From positions 1-37,171 of the IMG/VR virus record IMGVR_UViG_3300050331_000089: a DNA stretch of 37,171 nt. One strand, 5' to 3'. Numbering within the stretch: the stretch's first letter is position 1; each line of letters begins with the position of its first letter. Both the position numbers and the translations under genes were made by a program. The notes beneath the pieces are model-generated. The model had not been told where the DNA came from. It did no database searches and worked only from the letters and a program-made list of their open reading frames with translations. Shown here piece after piece: positions 17,073 to 25,181 of the stretch. The stretch comes from a virus. Its lineage: Duplodnaviria > Caudoviricetes.

Positions 17073-18692
17073 GTGCCCGGGCTGCCCGAGGACCTGGCGC
17101 AGCAGATCCTGCGCCGCGCCGCGCAGGCGAAGTCCGATCGCTCGCTGCACGAGTCGGTCTGGCGTGAGTGCCTCGAGTACACCTGGCCCGAGCTCGCGCA
17201 CGGCATCACCGGCGAGACGGTCACGGCCAGCGACGCAAAGGCGAAGAAGGCGCGCCAACTCGACTCGACGGGACGTGACGCAGCCAAGACGCTGGCCGCC
17301 GGCCTGATCGGCGGACTGGTGCCCGCGAACGCGCAATGGTTTGAACTCGACGTCGGGCGCGAGTCCGAGGACGAGAAGCGCTGGCTCTCGGAAGCTGCCC
17401 AGACGATCTGGGAGAACATCCACGTCTCGAACTTCGACGCGGCGGTGCTCGACGCGATGAAATACGAGGTCGCCTGCGGCTGGCCTGCGCTGTACATCGA
17501 CGAGGCGCCGGAGGGCGGATACTCGTTCGACTGCTGGCCGATCGGCGGCGTGTACGTGTCGGCCGGTCGCAGGGGCGGGCGCATCGACACCGTCTATCGC
17601 TGCTTCGAGCTGACCGTCGAGCAGTGCGTGAACGAGTACGGCATCGACGGCGTCTCCGAGGAAGTGCGCGAGAAGCTGCGCGCCGGCAAGCTCTCGGAGA
17701 AGGTCGCGCTCACCTGGGCGATCTATCCGCGCAGCAGCTACGTCGTCGGCCCCGCGCTCGCGAAGAACAAGCGCTTCGCCTCCGTTGTCGTGGAGGACCG
17801 CTCGAAGTGCGTCGTGCGCGAGTCCGGATACGACGAGTTCCCGTTGGCCGTGCCGCGCTGGGCGCTGATCCCGGGCACCGACTACGCGACCGGGCCGTTC
17901 TCCGACGCGATCGCCGACGTCAAGCAGCTCAACCACCTTGCGTTCAACGAAAGCGCCGCGACCGACCTGGCCGTGGGCGGCATGTTCGTGGGCGTCGACG
18001 ACGGCGTGCTCAACCCGAAGGCCGTGAAGATCGGGCCGCGCAAGGTGATCGTTGCGGCCTCGACCGAGAATATCAAGCCGCTGAAGACCGGCTCGGATTT
18101 CCAGGTCGCGTGGACGAAGAAGGACCAGCTGCAGGCATCAATTCGTCGCACGCTGATGGCCGACCAACTGCAGCCGCAGGACAAGGCGCAGATGACCGCC
18201 TACGAGGTGCACGTCCGGGTGCAGATCATTCGGCAGCTCCTCGGGCCGATCTTCGGTCGCCTGCAGGCCGAGTTCCTGCAGCCGCTGATCGAGCGCTGCT
18301 TCGGCATCGCCTACCGCGCCGGCGTGCTCGGCACGCCTCCGGAGTCGCTCGCCGGACGCAACTTCACGGTCAAGTACGTCTCGCCGCTGGCGCGCGCGCA
18401 GAAGCTCGAGGAGGTCACGGCGATCGAATCCTGGTACGCCTCGCTCGGGCAGCTGGCGCAGGCGAAGGGCGATCCGTCCGTGTTCGACCTGGCCGACGAC
18501 GACGAAGCCGCGCGCGTGCTGGCCGACGGCCGCGGCGTGCCGGCGCGCATCCTGCGCTCGCCCGAGGACATTGCCGCCCTGCGTGAGCAGCGCGCCCAGG
18601 CGCAGGAACAGGCCCAAGAATCCGCGATGACGCAGGAGATGCAGCTCGCGGGCGCCAAGGCCGCAATGGCTGGCGAGCGCCGTGCGGCCTGA
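17073..18692 (+). CDS. Portal (head-tail connector) protein
   Basis: DSTG..A.KTLAAGL..GL.P...QWF, SNF, VPRW......Y..GP, MTAYEV..R.......LGP.FGRLQ.E.L.PLI.R, YVSPLARAQ. Confidence 0.93.
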   Translation: MPGLPEDLAQQILRRAAQAKSDRSLHESVWRECLEYTWPELAHGITGETVTASDAKAKKARQLDSTGRDAAKTLAAGLIGGLVPANAQWFELDVGRESEDEKRWLSEAAQTIWENIHVSNFDAAVLDAMKYEVACGWPALYIDEAPEGGYSFDCWPIGGVYVSAGRRGGRIDTVYRCFELTVEQCVNEYGIDGVSEEVREKLRAGKLSEKVALTWAIYPRSSYVVGPALAKNKRFASVVVEDRSKCVVRESGYDEFPLAVPRWALIPGTDYATGPFSDAIADVKQLNHLAFNESAATDLAVGGMFVGVDDGVLNPKAVKIGPRKVIVAASTENIKPLKTGSDFQVAWTKKDQLQASIRRTLMADQLQPQDKAQMTAYEVHVRVQIIRQLLGPIFGRLQAEFLQPLIERCFGIAYRAGVLGTPPESLAGRNFTVKYVSPLARAQKLEEVTAIESWYASLGQLAQAKGDPSVFDLADDDEAARVLADGRGVPARILRSPEDIAALREQRAQAQEQAQESAMTQEMQLAGAKAAMAGERRAA

Positions 18693-18951
18693 ATCCGAGA
18701 TCACCCCGCAGCTGTTCGCCGACGTCTTCGAACACGACCGGCGCGGCGCCGCGATCCTTGAGCACCTGGTCAAGCGGTTCGTCCGCCCGGCCGAGACCCG
18801 AGGCGGCATCGACGCGGTGCTCACCACCTACAAGCGGCTGGGCAACCGTGAGCCGCTCGACTACATCATGCTGATGATCAACCGCGCGGCCGGCGTTCCT
18901 GAAGACGGGCCGGCGGGCGAAGACGATCCGGAGACGCCCGCCGACGGCTGA
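18682..18951 (+). CDS. Bbp19-like conserved phage protein
   Basis: F..VFE....GAAILEHL..RF......GGID....T....G.R...DYI...IN; position after the portal. Confidence 0.75.
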   Translation: MRPESEITPQLFADVFEHDRRGAAILEHLVKRFVRPAETRGGIDAVLTTYKRLGNREPLDYIMLMINRAAGVPEDGPAGEDDPETPADG

Positions 18952-18986
18952 ATGTCGGGATTCCGTTGCGCGAGTCGGCCGAGGAT
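18951..18986 (+). promoter_or_regulatory. Putative late promoter 2
   Basis: Exact 17-bp copy AATGTCGGGATTCCGTT, followed by GAGGAT (18981-18986) at the same offset as site 1. Confidence 0.6.
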
Positions 18987-19018
18987 GGCGGCCAACAGCA
19001 ACCGGAAAGCGCAGCCGC

Positions 19019-19888
19019 ATGTTCCCCCGTCGAATCCATCACGTGCTCATGGATGCAGCCACCGGCGCCGAGGGCGGTCACAGCTCGGGCGGCGCGGGCA
19101 CTCCTCCCGATGACCGTACCGGCAATGCCGGGGCTCCCGCTCCGGCAGCCGCTGCGCCGGGGGCTGCACCCGCCAGCGCGCTCGCCGCTGCCACGCAGCC
19201 CGGGCCGCACGATCACGTTCCGGAGAAGTTCCGCGTCATGAAGGCGGACGGATCGTTCGATGCAGACGCGAGCCTGCGCAAGGTCGCCGAGAGTTACAGC
19301 CAGCTCGAAAAGCGCGTCGGCTCCAACGATGCGCCGCCGGCAGCGGCGACCGACTACAAGATCACGCCGCCCGAGGCGATGAAGGACGCCTTCTCGCCCG
19401 ATGACGAGGGGTTCAAGGCGTTCCTGGGCAAGGCGCACGGCGCCGGCCTCACGCAGGCGCAGCTCGACGTCGTCATGGGCGCGTTCTTCGAGACCGCCCC
19501 GAAGCTCGCCGGCGGCGCCGCTGCGCTCGATGCCGATGCGTGCATGACCGAACTGAAGAAGGACTGGTCGACGCCGGAGGCGCTGACGCAGAACTTCGTT
19601 GCGGCCGACCGCGCGATCGGGCAGCTGGGCGGCCCGGCGGCCGACGCGCTGCGCGCGAAGTACGGCAACGATCCGGACTTCCTGCGCTTTGCCGCGGCGG
19701 TGGGTGCGCAACTGAAAGAGGACCGGGCGCCAGGCAGCGCCGGCACGCCGCGCGCCGAAGACGTCGCTGCGCTCGAACGCAGTCAGGCGTACCGCGACCC
19801 CAAGCACCCCGATCACGAAAAGGTGAGCCGCCAGGTTCGCGAGTACTACGAGCGTGTCGCCGCGGCGAACCCCGGAATGGTCGTCTGA
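19019..19888 (+). CDS. Capsid assembly scaffolding protein
   Basis: Low-complexity N-terminus, VPEKF, SYSQLEKR.G, AH..GLTQAQ, L.K.W, GNDP..LR, AY.DPKHPDH; lies before the capsid gene. Confidence 0.82.
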   Translation: MFPRRIHHVLMDAATGAEGGHSSGGAGTPPDDRTGNAGAPAPAAAAPGAAPASALAAATQPGPHDHVPEKFRVMKADGSFDADASLRKVAESYSQLEKRVGSNDAPPAAATDYKITPPEAMKDAFSPDDEGFKAFLGKAHGAGLTQAQLDVVMGAFFETAPKLAGGAAALDADACMTELKKDWSTPEALTQNFVAADRAIGQLGGPAADALRAKYGNDPDFLRFAAAVGAQLKEDRAPGSAGTPRAEDVAALERSQAYRDPKHPDHEKVSRQVREYYERVAAANPGMVV

Positions 19889-19900
19889 CTCGAATTCACG

Positions 19901-20000
19901 CCGGCCCGCGGTGGCGCGCGGAGAACCGGTCAACCTGCCCGCCGGATCGCACCACGCCGAACGATCTGCGTACAGCCAGGCCCGGATGACGGACAACCTG
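19901..20000 (+). promoter_or_regulatory. Twin-hairpin structured element in the capsid 5' leader
   Basis: CCGG-C-CCGCG-loop-CGCGG-AGAA-CCGG and CAGG-C-CCG-loop-CGG-ACAA-CCTG, with a compensatory change in the outer stem. Confidence 0.55.
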
Positions 20001-20037
20001 CCAGGCGATAGGTCAACCCCACTTCGAGGTTTCGATC

Positions 20038-20898
20038 ATGACCATCACCAATGCGTTCGTCATCCAGTGGGACAACGCGATCAAGCAGCAGGCCCAGCAG
20101 ACCGAGTCGCGCCTGATGAAGGCCGTCATGGACAAGGGCTCGATCACTGGCGAGTCCTTCACGCACAACGCGCTGGCCGCCACCGACATGCCCGAGATCG
20201 CCACGAGGCTGGGCGACACCGAGTGGGGCAGCCCCGAGCACTCGACCCGCGTGGCGACGATGCGCGACTTCTACCGCGCGCTGCCGCTGGATCGGTCCGA
20301 CGTTCCGAAGATGCTCGCCAACCCGGTCACGGGCGGCGACTACATGAGCGCGATCATGGCGGCGCGCAACCGCCGGATCGACTCGATCATCTACAACGCG
20401 CTGATCGGCTCGCAGCAGCTCAAGGACGGTTCGAGCGCGGCGCTGCCGAGCGGCCAGAAGATCCTGCACGGCTCGTCCGGCCTGACCAAGGCCAAGCTGA
20501 TCCAGGCCAAGAAGCTCTTCCGGCAGAACGAGGCGGACCCCGAGGCGGGCGAGGAGCTGTTCATCACGTACACGGGCGACGCGCTCGAGGACGTCCTGAA
20601 CGACAACCAGCTCACCAGCGCCGACTTCCTCGCCGTGAAGATGCTGCAAAACGGCGACCTCTCTGGCAAGTGGATGGGCTTCAACTGGATCCCCTACGAG
20701 GGCGTGACGACCGCCGCGAGCGTCGCAACGCTCGTCTCATGGGCCCGGTCCGGGTGCAAGTTCGGTCGCGGCTACGAAGAGGGCAACGTCACCCGCCGGG
20801 GCGACAAGCGCGACGCATGGCAGGTCTCGATGGCGGCCTCCTACGGCGCGCTGCGCACCGAGGAGAAGAAGGTCGTCACGATCGAGATCTCGGTCTGA
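20038..20898 (+). CDS. Major capsid protein
   Basis: TITNAFV.QW......QQ.ESRL, AA.NR.ID..I, GLT..KL..A, TSADF....L..G.....WMGFNWI, GA.R.EEKKVV.I; strongly biased codons. Confidence 0.92.
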   Translation: MTITNAFVIQWDNAIKQQAQQTESRLMKAVMDKGSITGESFTHNALAATDMPEIATRLGDTEWGSPEHSTRVATMRDFYRALPLDRSDVPKMLANPVTGGDYMSAIMAARNRRIDSIIYNALIGSQQLKDGSSAALPSGQKILHGSSGLTKAKLIQAKKLFRQNEADPEAGEELFITYTGDALEDVLNDNQLTSADFLAVKMLQNGDLSGKWMGFNWIPYEGVTTAASVATLVSWARSGCKFGRGYEEGNVTRRGDKRDAWQVSMAASYGALRTEEKKVVTIEISV

Positions 20899-20928
20899 CG
20901 CGGCGAAACACAGAGCAGAGGAATCATC

Positions 20929-21378
20929 ATGTCCGAAGTCAACTCGTACCAAGCCGCCGAGACTGCAGCGGGCCGCAAGCTCGTGCCGGCGACGCACAAC
21001 CGGCTGCGCAGCGCGTACTTCCGCACGCCGACCACGCACGCGATCGCCAACGGCGACACCATGGGCAGCGGCATCACCCTGCCCGCCGGCGCCCGCATCG
21101 TACGCGTGCGCGAGTCGCACGGCACCGGGGCGGCGAGCTCGACGGTGAGCGTGGGTGTGCGCAACCCCGTGACGAAGGTGGCCATCGTCGCCGACGCGAT
21201 CGTCAAGGACCTCGCGCTCACGACCGCCGGGGTCTCCGATCCGGTGACCGGCACCAAGCTCACCGGCGGCGCGGATTACGTGCTGCCGAGCGACGCGGAG
21301 CTGTACGCCACCTTCGGCGGCGCGACGCCCACGGCGAACCAACAGGTCGCCTTCTGGGTCGACTACATCGCGCCCTGA
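20929..21378 (+). CDS. Capsid cement/decoration protein
   Basis: 149 aa, beta-rich (LPAGARIV); between the capsid gene and a terminator; GAGGA RBS. Confidence 0.7.
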   Translation: MSEVNSYQAAETAAGRKLVPATHNRLRSAYFRTPTTHAIANGDTMGSGITLPAGARIVRVRESHGTGAASSTVSVGVRNPVTKVAIVADAIVKDLALTTAGVSDPVTGTKLTGGADYVLPSDAELYATFGGATPTANQQVAFWVDYIAP

Positions 21379-21409
21379 CCGCGGGAAGGCTCTCCGCATG
21401 AGGACCGAC

Positions 21410-21433
21410 AACGGGGACTTCGGTCCCCGTTTT
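21410..21433 (+). terminator. Intrinsic terminator after the head genes
   Basis: AACGGGGAC-TTCG-GTCCCCGTT-TT hairpin with a C(UUCG)G loop. Confidence 0.85.
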
Positions 21434-21448
21434 GCATTCGAGGGATAG

Positions 21449-22018
21449 ATGGCGGCATCCGCGGTATCGATCTGCAGCGCGGCGCTCGACATGCTCGGCG
21501 CCGATCCGATCAACTCGCTGACCGACCCGGGCGTGAACGCGGGGCGCTGCGCGCGCGCATGGCCGCTGGTGCGCGACTGGCTGCTGCGCAAGCACTCGTG
21601 GAACTGCGCCGTGAAGCGCGTGGCGCTGGCGCCGGATGCGAACCCGCCGGCCTTCGGTTTCGGCAAGGCGTTCACGCTGCCGGCCGACTTCCTGCGCATC
21701 CTCGAGGTGGGCGACGACGCGACCGCGCGGCCGACCTACAAGGTCGAGAGCGGCAAGATCCTCGCCGACATCTCGGTGCTGCGGCTGCGCTACGTCTGGC
21801 GCAACGAGAACCCGGCGACCTGGGATAGCGCGATGGTCCACGTGGCGACACTCGCGATCGCCGCGCGCCTGGCCTATGCGATCACCAACAGCGCCAGCGT
21901 CGAAGAGGTCCGGCTGGCCGAGCTGCGCGACGAGCTGCAGGCGGCCAAGTCGATCGATGGCGTGGAGGAAGACGGCGAAGTGCTGGGCGACTTCCCGCTC
22001 TACGCGGCGCGCTTCTGA
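21449..22018 (+). CDS. Tail tubular protein A (adaptor)
   Basis: S.VSICS.AL..LGA.PI.SL, RD.LLR.H.WNCA.KR..LA, LP.DFLR. Confidence 0.88.
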   Translation: MAASAVSICSAALDMLGADPINSLTDPGVNAGRCARAWPLVRDWLLRKHSWNCAVKRVALAPDANPPAFGFGKAFTLPADFLRILEVGDDATARPTYKVESGKILADISVLRLRYVWRNENPATWDSAMVHVATLAIAARLAYAITNSASVEEVRLAELRDELQAAKSIDGVEEDGEVLGDFPLYAARF

Positions 22019-24225
22019 TGGCTGCCGCGCACGACATTCAGACGAGCTTCACCGGCGGCGAGCTTTCGCCGCTGCTCGAGGGCCGCGTCGACATCGCCGC
22101 CTACAAGGCCGGCTGTCGGTCGCTGCGCAACTTCCAGCTACTGCCCTTCGGGGGCGCCAGGCGCCGGCGCGGCACGAGCTTTCGGGCGGCGACCAAGGAC
22201 TCGACCAAGCGCACGCGGCTCGTGCCGTTCGTCTACTCGCAGACGCAGGCCTACGTGCTGGAGTTCGGACATCTGTACGTCCGCGTGTACAAGGATGGCG
22301 CGCAGGTGGCCGGGCCCTACGAGATCGCCTCGCCATTCACCGAGGCGCAGCTCTTCGAGCTCGACTACTCGCAGTCGGCCGACACGATGATCATCACGCA
22401 CCGGTCGCACTTCCCGCGGCGGCTGCGCCGCTTCGGCGACGCGCTGTGGGTGCTCGACCAAGTGCCTTTCACGCAGATCCCGATGGACGAGCGCGGCAAG
22501 CGCCCGACCGACGCGCTGACGCTGTCGGCTACCGCCGGGGCGATCACCCTGACCCTGGCGGCCGGCGCGGCCGGCTCCGGCTTCTCCGCGGCCGACGTCG
22601 GGCGCGAGTTGGTGGCCGGCATCGGGCGCGCGACGGTGACAGCTGTGGCGAGCGAGACGAGCGCCTCGGCGACGGTGGTCACCGCGTTCGATGCGACCAG
22701 CTACGCGGCCGGCGCCCACCGCCTGCTCGACTCGCCGCGCTCCACGCTCACGCCATCGGCGAAGGATCCGGTCGGCGCGACGATCACGCTGACCGCCGAC
22801 ATCAACACCTGGCGCTCGTCCAACGTCGGCGACATCGTGCGGATCAACGGCGGCATCGTGCGCATCGAGACGATCACGAGCGAGGCAGTCGCCAGCGGGA
22901 TCATCACGCAGGCGTTAAACGCGACGACGGTGGCGCCGCCCGATACCTGGGTGCTCGAGTCGCCGATCTGGAATGCGTACGACGGTTATCCGACCTGCTC
23001 GACCTTCCACGAGCAGCGGCTGCTCTTCGGCGGCGCACCGGGCGATCCGCAGCAGATCGCCTTCTCGCAATCGGGCGCCTACTTCGATTTCACGCCCGGC
23101 ACGCTCGACACCGACGCGCTAGTTCGCACGATCGCCACCGACGAGCAGAACGCGATCGAGTACCTGGCCGCCGACACGGTGCTCATGGCGCTGACCTACG
23201 GCGGCGAGTTCACGCTGCGCGGCGGGATCGAGAAGCCCATCACGCCCACGAACATCCAGGTCAAGCCCAAGACCAACTACGGCGCGGCGCGCGTGCGACC
23301 GATCAAGGTGCAGAAGGAGCGCGTCTTCGCGCAGCGCTCCGGAACGCAGCTGGTCGCGATCCAGTACGCCGAGGAGAACGACACCTTCGGCGCCGAGGAC
23401 ATCGGCATCCTGTCGGAGCACCTGTTCGCCGCCGGCGTCGTCGAGATCGCGTACCAGCGCCGGCCGGTGCCGTCGCTGTACTGCGTGCTCGAGTCGGGCG
23501 AGCTCACCGTCGGCACGATCGATCGCAATCAGAACATCCTCGGCTGGGCGCCGTGGGAGACCGATGGCGCCGTCGAGTCAATATGCTCGATTCCGCGCGG
23601 CAAGACCGACGAGGTCTGGGTGGTCGTGCGCCGCACGGTGAACGGCGCGACGGTGCGCTACGTCGAGCGCTTCGAGGAGAGCTTCGAGGCGCTCTACGGA
23701 CAGACGGGCTTCGACTACGGCTACACGGTCGACTGCGCGACCGCGAAGGCATCGGCCACGGCGTTCACGACCATCAGCGGCCTCTCGCACCTGGAGGGCG
23801 AGTCGGTCTCGGTGCTGGCCGACGGCTACAACGCGGGCACGTACACCGTGGCCAGCGGCGAGATCACGCTCGCCACGCCCGCGAAGAAGGCCATCGTCGG
23901 AAAGGGCTTCTCGGCGTTGCTCGAGCCGATGCCGCCCGAGATGCCCACGCAGGCGGGCTCGGCTCGTGGGCGCCAAGTGCGCGCGACCGAGGCGACGGTC
24001 CTCGTGCACCGGTCGCTGGGCGGGAAAATCAACGGCGTGCCGCTGCCGGCGCGCGCCTTTGGCCCGGCGGTGCTCGATCAGCCGCCGCCGCTCGTGACCG
24101 GGGAGCGGCGCATCGACGGGCTCTCCGGCTGGGAGCGCGGCGAGCCGCTCGTGCGCATCGAGCAGGACGAACCGCTGCCGATGCACGTGCTCGCCATCGT
24201 CCAGAAGCTGGTGGTGAACCCGTGA
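22018..24225 (+). CDS. Tail tubular protein B (nozzle)
   Basis: QTSFTGGELSP.L.GR.D, GGA.RR.GT.F, LEFG..Y.RV, QSAD, GYP....FHEQRL, RYVERF, SGLSHLEGE.V...ADG. Confidence 0.9.
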   Translation: MAAAHDIQTSFTGGELSPLLEGRVDIAAYKAGCRSLRNFQLLPFGGARRRRGTSFRAATKDSTKRTRLVPFVYSQTQAYVLEFGHLYVRVYKDGAQVAGPYEIASPFTEAQLFELDYSQSADTMIITHRSHFPRRLRRFGDALWVLDQVPFTQIPMDERGKRPTDALTLSATAGAITLTLAAGAAGSGFSAADVGRELVAGIGRATVTAVASETSASATVVTAFDATSYAAGAHRLLDSPRSTLTPSAKDPVGATITLTADINTWRSSNVGDIVRINGGIVRIETITSEAVASGIITQALNATTVAPPDTWVLESPIWNAYDGYPTCSTFHEQRLLFGGAPGDPQQIAFSQSGAYFDFTPGTLDTDALVRTIATDEQNAIEYLAADTVLMALTYGGEFTLRGGIEKPITPTNIQVKPKTNYGAARVRPIKVQKERVFAQRSGTQLVAIQYAEENDTFGAEDIGILSEHLFAAGVVEIAYQRRPVPSLYCVLESGELTVGTIDRNQNILGWAPWETDGAVESICSIPRGKTDEVWVVVRRTVNGATVRYVERFEESFEALYGQTGFDYGYTVDCATAKASATAFTTISGLSHLEGESVSVLADGYNAGTYTVASGEITLATPAKKAIVGKGFSALLEPMPPEMPTQAGSARGRQVRATEATVLVHRSLGGKINGVPLPARAFGPAVLDQPPPLVTGERRIDGLSGWERGEPLVRIEQDEPLPMHVLAIVQKLVVNP

Positions 24226-24677
24226 TCCGGCGCGCCACCGTCGCCGACCTCGGCCGGCTCGTCGAGCTGGCCCGCAAGATGCACGCGGAGAGCCGCTTCC
24301 GGATCTACCGCTTCGCCGAGCAGAAGGTGCGCGACATGCTGCAGGGGTTGATCGATTCGCCAGAGACCGGGCTCGTCATGGTCGCGGTGGACCGCACGAC
24401 GGGCGAGATCGTCGGCGGGATGGCCGCCATGTGCGTCGAGCAGTGGTTCTCCGATGAGAAGGTTGCGCAGGACCTGGCGCTCTTCGTCGACCCGGACAAG
24501 CGCGGCGGCATCGCGGCGGCGCGCCTGGTCGACGAGTTCCTCGGCTGGGCCTACGACATGGGCGCGGTGACGGCCGAGCTCGGCATCAACACCGGCGTGC
24601 GCGTCGAGCGCACCGCGCTGCTCTTCGAGCGCATGGGCATGGCCCGCACCGCCTACCTCTACGTGAAGGAGCTCTGA
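24222..24677 (+). CDS. GNAT-family acyltransferase (T7 gp13-like position)
   Basis: MIRRATVADL..., LFVDPDKRGG.AA.RL acetyl-CoA motif, LFERMG; GTG start overlapping the nozzle stop. Confidence 0.85.
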   Translation: MIRRATVADLGRLVELARKMHAESRFRIYRFAEQKVRDMLQGLIDSPETGLVMVAVDRTTGEIVGGMAAMCVEQWFSDEKVAQDLALFVDPDKRGGIAAARLVDEFLGWAYDMGAVTAELGINTGVRVERTALLFERMGMARTAYLYVKEL

Positions 24678-24679
24678 CG

Positions 24680-25177
24680 ATGTGCATCAGCATGGCGACG
24701 CTGGCGATGGTCTCGGCGGGCGTGAGTGCCGCGGGGATGGTCATGCAGGGCATCCAGGCGAATCAGATGGGCCAGTACCAGCAGAAGCAGGCCGAGGCCG
24801 ATGCGCGCGCGCAGGAGTCCGATGGGCGCCTCATGGCCGAGAAGATCCGAAAGGCCGGGCGGCAGCAAGCGGCCGAGGCCGAGGCGGCGCAGGCGGGGGC
24901 GGGCGTGTCGCTCAACGACCCCGGCGCGCGCGAGATCAACCGGCGCATCACAGCAGACTTCGAGGAGGACGCGACTGCCGAGATCCTCGGGGGCAAGTAC
25001 CGGGCCGCGAGCCGGCGCGCCGAGGGGCAGGTCGCGCGCGCGCAGGGCAAGCAGGGGCTCACGAACGCGCTGATCGGCGCGACCGCGACCGGGCTCTCGG
25101 GTTGGCGCAGCGCGCGCGAGGCGTCGATCTACCGACCGGCCTCGGCCCCCAGCGCGCCGATCGAGCGCAGGACGTAA
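24680..25177 (+). CDS. Internal virion (ejection) protein A, gp14-like
   Basis: MC start, hydrophobic N-terminus, Ala/Gln-rich; position after the GNAT. Confidence 0.75.
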   Translation: MCISMATLAMVSAGVSAAGMVMQGIQANQMGQYQQKQAEADARAQESDGRLMAEKIRKAGRQQAAEAEAAQAGAGVSLNDPGAREINRRITADFEEDATAEILGGKYRAASRRAEGQVARAQGKQGLTNALIGATATGLSGWRSAREASIYRPASAPSAPIERRT

Positions 25178-25181
25178 GGAA

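Noticed and set aside
2459-18692. Many proteins end in Ala-Ala, like ClpXP degrons
   Set aside because: Largely explained by overlapping RBS and start/stop sequences (GAG..GCGGCGTGA/ATGA) in coupled genes; a degron role cannot be supported from sequence alone.
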